The notes under the pieces were generated by a model, which saw nothing but the letters and a program-made list of their open reading frames with translations, did not search any database and had not been told where the DNA came from. Of a stretch of 64,000 nucleotides of DNA, positions 23,688-34,117 are shown one piece after another; position 1 is the first letter of the stretch, and each line of letters starts with the position of its first letter. Source of the DNA: Heteronotia binoei (Eukaryota). The position numbers and the translations under genes were made by a program. The stretch spans positions 259,160,001-259,224,000 of the forward strand of contig NC_083223.1 in assembly GCF_032191835.1 (NCBI RefSeq), read 5' to 3'.

Positions 23688-25049
23688 CTGGAAGGAAGGA
23701 TTGGGGCCGGGGGGTGGGGGGAGAGATTAGCAGTACACAAGATGCAGGGATTGGGAAGTCAGCTTGAAACAACTGATCCGCCACCCCTCCTGCTGCCCTG
23801 GCCCAAAGCCCAAGAGGATGATAAAGGAGCTCAGTTTCGTCGGCATGGCCTGATACCTACACAGACAGATTCCCCCTCGCACCTAAACTGACAGGGTGGG
23901 AGAAGCCTGCACGCACGCTTCAGCACTCCCTAGGTCCAAGGTGACCTGTCTGCTTGCGCAAGGCCCACTAGGGTTGCGAAACACCAACAAGTAACTCATT
24001 CCAGAAAGGTAAATGACAAGCCCAGATATGGAAGTGACCTTTAGAGCAGTGCTATGGGGTACACAGGTGGGCAGACAGGCACACCTCTTCCTGTTTCTAT
24101 GCGTATGGGAGACGTCAGGGGAGGAGAGGCAAAGCAAAGCCCCTTCTAGATCCTCTCTGCCTTTGTTTTAAGTAATCCTTTTTCTTGTCTCGCAAGGATT
24201 AGAAACATGGCGATTTCAAGCTTGCTGGCTGACTGTGGACACAGAACTGGGTGTGGATTAAGGAGAAAGCCCCACCGCTCTGCAGATCCCTTCTGCAGAT
24301 AACCGGCTCTCAATTACCTATTGTCGAAAAGGGAATAACAAGTGTACCTAAGGGAAAAGCCTCCGGCTCACACGTTTTTGCTATCACTCAGGAAAAATGG
24401 CCCCAGAGCAAACTAATGTATGCAGTAGCTCGCAACTTTAGAGCCAGTAGCACACAAAGTAGTATTTTTGCTCACAAGACTCCACAGCTTAGAGCAAGGG
24501 TGGCCAAGCTGTGGCTCGGGAGCCACATGTGGCTCTTTCACACATATTGTGTGGCTCTTGAAGCTCCCACCGCCCTGGCAGTCAGCTTGCAGAAGGCATT
24601 CCTCTCTTTAAATCACTTCTCCAAGCCAAACCAGGTGGCAGCTTAGATAATGCATTTAAAGTTGCTTTCTTTCCATCTCTCTCCCTCCCTCCCCCATCTG
24701 TTTGCCTGCCTGTCTGCCTTTCTGTCCTGCGGCTCTTAGTCATCTGACATTTATTCTATTTGGCTCTTATGTTAAGCAAGTTTGGCCACCCCTGGCTTAG
24801 AAAGCGCATAGGTCGCAACTGATACACGGTGGCTCCATGACATTCCATCTCATGGGGTTTTCAAGAGATGAGCAGAGGTGGTTGGCCATTGCCTTCCTCT
24901 ACATAGCAGCCCCAGTCTTCCTCAGTGGCTCCCCATCCAACATCTGCCCGTTTAGCTTACAAGGTCTGGCAAAACTGGGCCTATTAGGACTGTTACAACA
25001 GTGCACTACTTAATAAATGGTCTAAGTTATTCACAGATGTTCTTGGGAA

Positions 25050-26395
25050 CCGTTTACACCAACCCTGCAAGGTCGACTATGATCTATTGACCCACCGCCT
25101 TGCCGTCGCCAGAATATGGGGGGGTAGCCTTGCAATGGTTTTCCTCCTTCCTCCGGGGATGGGGACAAAGGGTGATGCTGGGCGAGCAGACCTCCCTGCG
25201 ACACCCACTTATATGCAGAGTGCCCCTGGGAGCTATTCTCTCGTCCATATTATTTAACATCTATATGTGCCCCCTTGCCCAGACTGCCCAAGGTTTTGGC
25301 CTGGGTTGTCACCAGTATGCTGATGACACCCAGCTCTATCTGTTGATGGAGGCAGACCGTCTTCTGCCCCTGAACACCTGTCCGAGGCATTAGGAGCCAT
25401 AGCGGGATGGTTACAGCAGAGCTGACTGAAGTCAAATCCAACTAAGACGGAGGTCTTGTGCCTGAGCCGAGGGGAGGTGGGTTTGTGCACCCAACTCCCA
25501 GCCTTGGATGGCGCTGTTTTAGTGCTGACCCAACAGGTGAAGAGTTTGGGAGAGATCTTGGATGCCTCACTTTCTATGGAGGCCCAGGCCACGGCGGCTG
25601 CCGGGTCTGCCTTCTACCATCTGCGGCAGATCAGGCAGCTAGCACTATATCTATCCCCCCCCAAGACCTGGCCACAGTGACCCGTGCAATGGTCACTTCC
25701 AGACTAGATTACGGTAACTCGCTCTACACTGGCTTGCCCTTGAAACTGATCCGGAAACTGCAGCAGGTGCAGAACGCAACAACTCGCCTGCTGACTGCAT
25801 CACCTGTATGGGTGAGGATGCAGCCGGTGCTCCGTGGCCTGTGCTGGCTGCCTATAGAGTACCGGATCCATTTCAAGGTGTTAGTTGACAAAGCCTTACG
25901 TGGCCTGGGACCAACATACCTGCAGGACCATCTCTTCCTGTATATGCCCCGGAGGTTGCTTCGTTCGGCCTCCCAAGACAGGCTGACTGTCCCCAGCCCA
26001 AGAGATGCCCGTCTTGCCTCTACCAGGGCCAGGTCCTTCTCGGTCCTGGCCCAAACCTGGTGGAATCAGCTCCCTATAGAGATCCGGGACCTACCTGGCT
26101 TGCCTGTAAAATGGAGCTGTTCCACCAGGTCTTCGGGTGAGGCAGCGGGCATCTATCCATTAAATTGGTTGGCCTCCCCTACTGTACTATCCTACCGCAG
26201 TGATTTGCTGCACTGTCCTGCTACACCATCTTATCATATTGTTCTGCTGGATTATTCTGTTGTATTGAAGACTGTAATTGTTTTTTTTATTATGATGCTG
26301 CTGTGATTTTGTGATTTTATTATTTATGTTGTACTCTGCCCTGAGCCCCTATGGGGGAATGGGCAGAATATGAATAAACAAATAATAATAATAGT
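25050..26395 (+). mobile_element. L2-clade LINE 3' portion, degraded
   Basis: RT motifs HQYADDTQLY and TSRLDYGNSLY; aataaac(aat)n tail. Confidence 0.88.
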
Positions 26396-26839
26396 TTACT
26401 GTTACAATTATAACAGGTAGGAGGTCAAGGACAAAAAAGAGCGGCGCCACCAAGTGTATTCATGGCACAGGAGACATTTGAACTAGGAGTCTTTCAATTC
26501 ACAGCTCAGTCTCCTAGCCCTGATGTGGCATTTCCTACCAAGAAACTCTGGCAATGAGTTCAGTTGTAACTCTAATTTTTGCAGTTCAGACAGAGCAAGT
26601 GCCGATTTCTAGAGCTCCCAGACAAAGATACACGTACTCCACTGTTCCTCGTATGCCCATTTCACAGAACCAAAACACACAAGGATTTTGAGCTGAGTAT
26701 GTAGCCTTCATATATAACTAAGGCCCCTCTGGCACTCCTGTTTGCAAACTCTTGCCAAAGAGAGGCCCTTCCAGCCATTTTAATTTGGCGTTTCTACCCA
26801 CAAGCCACCCAGGCCGGCACACCTTCATGAGCATTTTAC

Positions 26840-27205
26840 CTGGGCAAAATAGAGGTTCATGAGGGTCAAGGTGAAGAACTGCAGGCAGACCGGGCAGCAG
26901 TAGAGAAGCCAGAAGAAGAAAGGACCCAAGTGGTTGGCCTTGAGGGTGTTTCTGAAGTAGAAGGAGAAGAGGGTGGTGCGCAAGGCGGCCCAGAAGAGGC
27001 AGAGGAAGAGGAACACAGTCTGGTAGCTGAACTTCTTGTGGCGATAGAAGAGAACCAGCCAGAGCTGGGCGTAGACTGAGAGGAAAAGCAAGGCGTACAG
27101 CGCCGTGTACAATGCCGTGAGCCCAACCTTGACCGCGGGCGGGAAGGCCGGCGTGAGGCGGGAAGCCGGCACAACCGCACTGAGGTTGCTGAGGACTTTC
27201 TCCAT
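26840..27205 (-). CDS. GPR137: GPR137 coding exon 1 (122 codons)
   Basis: MEKVLSNLS...YAQLWLVL...[23 protein letters not shown]...[23 protein letters not shown]; CAG|GTAAAA donor. Confidence 0.96.
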
Positions 27206-28179
27206 CTTGAGTGTTGCGGGCTTGGGTGGGGGGGCTGTCTCCGATTCGGCTAGGAGGGAGTCATTTCCAGGTGTCAGCTGGGCATCAGCAGAGCCTCACT
27301 CGCTTAGACGGAGGAGCTGCCCCCAGCTTCACAGGGGTGTAGGTTACATCCTTCAAGGCTGTGGGAGGCTGACCCTTTCAGCAGCTGAATGAAGGTCTTT
27401 GGGCCAGTTCCATGGAGGGTCTAGACGGGCAAGGAGGGGTGGGCCAAAAGAGCAACGCTTTTGGTGCCCACCCACCTTCTCTGCTACGAAGGCATAGAGA
27501 GGAGAACCGGATCCGATCCTTGGTGCAAAACCCGCCCCAGTCCCTGTAAGTGGGAAGGCAGATCAGACAGCAGTTATGCCAGAAATCCTTGTCAGAAGTG
27601 AGGAGGGGAGGGGGGGATCTATCCTCCAAATTTTAGGATTCCTTTGGGGGGGGGGACCCCCTCTATCCCTAAATCAGAAGCCAGCCAATTTTTAAGGCTG
27701 CTTATTGTCTTATCCCTAATGTCCCTGTCACCGGTCCCTTATTCCAGGCTCTGGCTCTCAGACACCCAGGGTCTCTTGTCCACCAGGTCATGAACCCCTT
27801 TATCCTGTTTCCTCCAGACTCTCGGGCCCCTGAGCCACCAGCTCTCAGATCCCTTCCCCCTGCCTTCCTCCAGGTTCTTGGACACCTGGGTCCCTCTGCT
27901 TCTCCAGTTCTGGGGGGACCTTTAGTCCCTTCCCTTGGACTTCTGGCCCCCTCCCCTCAGATTCTCAGTCGCCTGACATCCCCCTGGAGGAGGCCTAGGC
28001 CTCTGGGTCCCTCTCCTATAGATTGCCTTGGCTAGCCTCAGGCCCTCCCTCGGACGCCTGGGTTCCTCGGTGCTCTTCTGTTGCTCCCCCTCCTCGGCCG
28101 GCCTCCTGGGTCCTTTAACCTTCCCCAGCGGCCTCCTAGCCTCCCTCCCGCCCCCTCGGCAGCCTGGGCCCCTTGGCTC

Positions 28180-28540
28180 TTTCCAGATTCGGCCCCCTCG
28201 GCTGCCTTTCCCCCCCAATTTGGGGGAGGAAAGTCCCCCGGCCTAGAACGCTCCCCAGCTGCCTCAACCCCCGTCAGTTTCCCAGTTACGCCAAAGGCGT
28301 AAGCCCCGCCTCCCCTTTCTCACCGGCTCGGCGAGAGGATCACAACGCCTGCCTGGTCGCCGGCCTCATCCCTTGCGCAAAGGACGTAAGCCGCGCTGTG
28401 AATGGCACTGAACATAGAGTGTTCTGGCTAGAGCGGCCCGGCCGCTTCCGGCCGCCATCTTAACTGTGGGCAGCGGGAGTTCGCCTAGTTTTTTTTTGCC
28501 AGTGCCGAGAGAAGGTGGCCGGAAGGCGCTTTTTTATTTT
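28180..28540. promoter_or_regulatory. CpG-rich GPR137/BAD divergent promoter region with probable GPR137 non-coding first exon (~28325-28470, minus)
   Basis: CpG-dense; YY1-type GCCGCCATCTT 28451-28461; ETS-type CTTCCGG 28445-28451 and CCGGAAG 28519-28525; minus-strand CCG|GTGAGA donor at ~28324. Confidence 0.65.
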
Positions 28541-29329
28541 CTCCCGCTAAGGATCCCATAAACGTTCTACTCAGTAATTATAGCACCATTAATGACCTCC
28601 ATGTATATTACAGAAGTCCTTCCTCGGTTTGTCATTCCAAAGAATTCGCATTACAGAGGCTGCTACAGTTCCCTTGACAGCGATGATAATGGTAATTGCA
28701 AAACTAAAGCCGACTCTCATTGAGGATAACACTTGGGCAGTATGCGATTGTCTATAATAATGGCAATAGATAATCGCATAGGCTTTGACAGATTCTAGCA
28801 CAATAGCCGCATATGCAGTCCAGTGGCACCTTTAAGACACTTTTTCAGATAAAATGAAATGGAAACTACCAGTCGATACAGAGTGAAATATCCACTCATT
28901 TATTTACTTACATTTTATTTATACTTTAAATGTATGCTCTGCTTTTCCAACAGAGATCAAATCGGTTCACAACAGAGAGAAAAGATGAACAACGCAATCC
29001 TAACGCATCCGTCAAAAAGCATTGCTTTAAACGGATTTAAACCATGTTCAAGATTGCATATGCCCCCTTGTACATCTACAATCCTAATGCCTCCTTCTAA
29101 AAACATTGCTTTAAACGGATTTAAACCCTATTCAAGATTGCACATGCAACTGTACATTTACAACCTTAGCAAAGCTGTGGGAAAGCAAAGCAAGAAACTG
29201 GAAGGGGGGGTGGGGGAATTATGCCGCAGGAAGGCACAATTTCGTTAATCTCTCCCTTCCTTTCGCTGTCACTGAAAAGGGAGAGGGAGGAAAGCGATAA
29301 ACCCTGGAAGCGATGGGAGGAGCCGAGGC

Positions 29330-29491
29330 CACTAGGAGGCGGAGCAATCCCCCTCTCCCGTGACGTCAGCGACCTAGATTGGGCACGGAATGTGGCAGTT
29401 CTCCATTGCCCCGGCGACTGTGGCTGGGTCCTTGCTGATGTAAACAGTAAGGGTGGAGGAGAGAGAGAGAGAGGAAGAGACCCCAATTTAG
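29330..29491 (+). promoter_or_regulatory. BAD: Candidate BAD promoter / non-coding first exon
   Basis: Perfect CRE TGACGTCA 29361-29368, reverse CCAAT (ATTGG) 29378-29382, TAG|GTAAGG donor at 29491; TSS not determinable. Confidence 0.5.
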
Positions 29492-30282
29492 GTAAGGCGA
29501 GATGGAGGTGAATGGGTTGCCAATGAAGGCGGAAGGGGGAGAGTCCAGGATTTTGGGAGAGGAGAGATTTAATTTCCAAATCTGGAGAGAAAAGGTGGAG
29601 GATAAGACGACTCCGGAGTGGGAGAGCAAAGCAGGAAGAGGCTGGGAATTTGGGAAAAAGAGTCGTGGAGGGAGTGAAGAGGGGAGATCTAGACTTGGGG
29701 ATATAAGAGCTCATGTTTCAGGAAGGGTTGGAAAAGTAAAGGACGGAGTGGTGATTGGGAAGAGAGCATTAAGGGAAAATGTGAGAGCATTTGGAGCAGA
29801 AGGCTTTTCAAAAGAGGGAGGGCACACCAGTATGGGAGACTGCTAAGGAAGCAGAGAAGTCACCGTGGCTTCCAGGCAAAAGGCCTGGCTTATTCATAAC
29901 CAAGAATTACTGTTAATAATACTTAGTGAGTATGTGGCACTTTCAAGCCTGCCTAGAATTCGCCATTGTTAATTATCTTGGTCATCCTGACAACAACCCT
30001 GTAAAGTAGGCCATAAATTGCTATCAGCCTGCAAGTCATGGGTGTTATGGAAGTGCCTTGCCTAAAGCTACTGAGTTTGCAGCTGAGGTGAGATCTGAAT
30101 TGGGGACTTCTTGGTTCTCAGCCCAGCCCCTCCCTCCTCTCTTTCTTGAGGGGGGGGGGGACACCTCGCTTGTTTTGATGCCTGATCTTTCTCCTCCCTC
30201 TCCTCCTCAGCTGGGCCAGCAACCCTACAGACCCCTGGATAGTGGGAAGCCGGGTATTGGGGGCCATGCCAGCCCCCCGACA

Positions 30283-30436
30283 ATGTTCCACATTCCTGAG
30301 TGCCAGGATGAGGACTCTTTTCCAGCAGAGGAGAAGGAACTGCCAGACCACAAGCTGAACTGGGGGAGACTTTCGGAAGAGGGCAAGGAGCCGGACAGTT
30401 CAGTGCACACTGAGACCACTTCCGCCGGGCCCCAAG
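30283..30436 (+). CDS. BAD: BAD first coding exon (MFHIPECQDEDSFPAEEKE...; exon itself starts at 30211)
   Basis: MFHIPE resembles mammalian MFQIPEF; strong polypyrimidine acceptor ending 30210; CAAG|GTTTGC donor, phase 1. Confidence 0.85.
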
Positions 30437-32595
30437 GTTTGCAACCAGAAAAAATATCCCTTTCCTTGTGCCCCTTATGGAGTGCCCTGGGCAAAACTCT
30501 CTTGTGGCCTCTGTAGATTCTTACTCTCTTTCATTTACTTCTGTTGCTTTGCGCAAATGTATGGCATCACTGTGGACTCCTCATTCATATTCTGTGTGTG
30601 TGTCTTGTTATTTCACATTTTTTGCTCAGGAATTCTCTGTTGCTAGGAAATGTAATTGCAAAAGATCTTGAACTTGAGAGCTGGTTTGGTGTAGTGCTTA
30701 AGTGCATGGACTGTTATCTGGGAGAACCGGGTTTGATTCCCCACTCCTCCACTTGCAGCTGCTGGAATGGCCTTGGGTCAGCCATAGCTCTGGCAGAGGT
30801 TGTCCTTGAAAGGCAGCTTCTGGGAGGGCTCTCTCAGCCCCACCTACCTCACAGGGTGTCTTTTGTGGGGGGGGGGGGGAGGTAAAAGAGATTGTAAGCC
30901 ACTCTGAGATTCAGAGTATAGGGTGGGGTATAAATCCAATTTAAAATATATATATTATAATAACTAAGTGCTGGCAAGTCATAACAAATTTATTGGGACC
31001 CCTCATGGGTTTCCAAGGCAAGAGGTGAGCCACTGCCTTCCTCTGCACAGCTACCCTGGCCTTCCCTGCTGATCTCCCATCCATATATTTACACTGGCCA
31101 GCCGTGATTAGCTTTCCATGCTTTGACAAGCTCAGACTAGTCAGGCTGCTTAGAGACACTGAGACTCACTCTCTTTTGTTCATTTCCTCCTAATCTGCCT
31201 CCAAGTTCAGAGCACTGTATGTGGTTCTCCCTTCCTTGCAAGGACCTTCTGAGATAGGTTAAGTTAAAAGGGAACAAGTGGCACAAGATCTCTCAGGTAG
31301 CCTATTGGCAGAGTGAGCATTTGAACCCAGATCTCCCAGATCCCAGTCTTAATAATCTAACGGATGCCCCACACTGATTCTTTGTATTGCACAGTTAAAT
31401 CACAACAGGGACAGGCTATGGCTCAGTGGTAATCTGCTCGGCAGGCAGAAGGTCCCAGGTTCAATCCCTGGCATTTCCAGTTGAAAGGAGCAGGCAGGCA
31501 GGTGACATGAAAAAAATCTTCCTGAGACCCTGGAAAGCTGCTGCCAGTCTGAGTAGATAATACTGACTTCGATGGACTAACGCAGGGGTGGCCAAACTGT
31601 GGCTCAGGAGCTACTTGTGGTTCTTTCACACATATTGTGTGGCTCTTGAAACCCCCACTACTCTGTCGGCTGGCTTGGAGAAGGCACTTGTTCCTTTAAA
31701 TCACTTCTCCAAGCCAACTGGAGGCTTGGAGAAGGCATTTAAAGTTGCTTTCTTTTCACCTCTTCCTCTCCCATCAATTTGCCTGCCTGCCTTCGTCCTT
31801 CCTTCCTGGCTTGTGGCTCTCAAACATCTGACGTTTATTCTACGTGGATTTTAAATTAAGCAAGTTTGGCCATCCCTGGACTAATGGACTGATTCAGTAT
31901 AAGGCAGGTTCGTGTTTTCAGGAAGTTCCAGTCCAAATTAGGATCTATATGCCTATATCTATCTATAACTATACTTAAATATCACAGTAAACTCTCACAA
32001 TCAAACATGAGATAACAACCGAAGTCCAAATTCATTCAGTCTCATGTAAGCATGTCAATTTCTGACTTCAGTAGCTTATCAAGAGTGGGTAAAGTTACTG
32101 AAGTGGAAATAAGCTACTGAAGTCGGAAATTGACATGCTTACATGAGACTGAATGAATTTGGACTTTGGTTGTTATCTTATGTTTGATTGTGAGAGTTTA
32201 CTGTAACACACACACACACATATATGTATAATTGTATATGAATCCTAATTTGGACGGTTTCACTTTTAAAAGTTTTTTGGAATTCGGTAAATAGTAGCTA
32301 TTTCTTGTGTATGATACTTCATTAATTTTCCAGTTTTTTGGGTTGTTCTTCCCACCTGGAGGCTGGCTACCCTAAGACTGGGTCACCCAGCAAGCTTGCA
32401 TGGTAGTGGTAAGTCCAGGAAGAATCCAACCCTGGACTTTCTGACCTGTGAAAATACTGAATGTGAAAGATGTTGGTCTAGATTGTTTTGTGTGAACAAA
32501 ATGTGTCATGGAAATATAATTAGTAGTCTTTTAGTCTGGTCCTTTTGATACCACAGCTACTGGGATGGGGCTACTGGCCAGCCGATTCTGTAACT

Positions 32596-32944
32596 CAGGG
32601 GTCTCCAACATGGTGCCTATGGATGCCATGGCACCTGTTGACATGTTTTCTGGCACCCAAGAAGTGTTTTTAGAAAGTGGGTGGGGCTAGGTTGAGGTTT
32701 TGCTCAGCAAGGGTTTGATTGGCTATTGGAGATTTGATTGACTGTGCAGATTTTTAAAAATGTTACTTTGGCAGCAGCTACTGCTACAGCACAAAAATCT
32801 TCACTGTGTGACTGAAGTAAAGCTGTGGCAACCATTTTGTGGCTGGCTTTGCCTCCTGAGGCGGCCATTTTGTGGCTGCTGCACCCACTACGCAGTGTTA
32901 GAATTCCAAAGGTGCCCACAAGCTTTAAAAAGTTGGGGACCCTG
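32596..32944. mobile_element. hAT MITE; partial inverted relative ~33530-33720
   Basis: TIRs caggggtctccaac / gttggggaccctg; TSD only partly conserved. Confidence 0.65.
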
Positions 32945-33944
32945 CTCTAGTTAAAGGGAACACCCCACTGATTGGCTGGGTTTTCCGTGGAAAAACTTGT
33001 GACCCTTGCATTTTCATGGCAGTCTTGAATATTTCATTCCTTTACATAAATAGGCCAGCAAGAATCACTTCCCCAGGAGGAAGCTTTCAGAAATGAGTTT
33101 TTTACGAATGAACGAGCACACACACACACGCGTACAAATTCAGTTCTTCTTCCAAGCCGCTCAGAGTACTTGCATCCCCCTTCCCCCACATTGTATCTCC
33201 ACAGCAATTCTGTGGGAGCCAACAATGCCTGATATAACCAGCCAGCTTTGTGGCTGAGGGGGGAATGGATTCAAAACCCAAATTAGCCACCTCTGTAGCC
33301 AGAAGCTTATCTACGTTTTCCCCCAGTGAGGACCTGAGGACCCAAAGCAGCTTACCACATTCCTCCCTCCTCCATTCTGTTTGTCACAGCAGGTCTGTGA
33401 GGTAGGTTACGTTGAAAGAAAGGGCCTCGCTGAGGTCATCCAGCAAGCTTCCATGGTACAGGAGGATTTCAACCTGGGTCTTTCAGATCTTGCCAGACAC
33501 CAGTAATTGCTACACCAGAGATTTCTATCCTTTTGGCGCCTACGGGCACATTTGGAATTCTGACATAGCATGGTAGGCACTGCTACAAAATGGCTGCCAC
33601 AGGAGGTGGAGCCAGCCACAAAATGGTTGCCACAGTTTAACTTCCATAACAGTGTAGATACCTGTGCTGTGGCAACAGCTGCTGCCAAAGCACAGCCAAT
33701 CAGAAGCCATGCTGGGCAAAAGCCTTACCTGGCCCCACTCCCAAAAATCCCTCAGGAACCAGAAAAGATGTCAGTAGGCAGCACTGTGGGCATCATGTTG
33801 GAGATTCCTGCACTACCCAGTTCTATCCAGTACGCCACTCTGTGCCAGAAATGACTAGCATGGGTCTGTGTTCATAACTTGGGTGGATTTATCTGAGTTT
33901 GGGATAACCTCACATGGTTGCATTTCTCCTTTCACCTCACGTAG

Positions 33945-34117
33945 CAGAGCTGCGGCGCCGCATTGGTTCAGACCCGCCCTTGCCAGAGTCAGAGCCACCA
34001 GATGAGGTGGGCACTTTCCGGGGGCGTTCACGCTCTGCCCCTCCCATCCTGTGGGCTGCCCAGCGATACGGACGGGAACTGCGGAGGATGAGTGATGAGT
34101 TCCACGGGGCACTGCAG
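33945..34117 (+). CDS. BAD: BAD exon with 14-3-3 sites and BH3 domain (RGRSRSAPPILWAAQRYGRELRRMSDEF)
   Basis: Near-identical to the BAD signature; tag|CAG acceptor; CAG|GTGAGT donor; 173 nt. Confidence 0.97.

Noticed and set aside
30058-30282. N-terminal extension of BAD implied by the 152-aa ORF
   Set aside because: The ORF starts at a TTG in intronic sequence upstream of the 30211 acceptor, and the candidate first exon ends in an in-frame TAG. A long isoform from another exon is not excluded.
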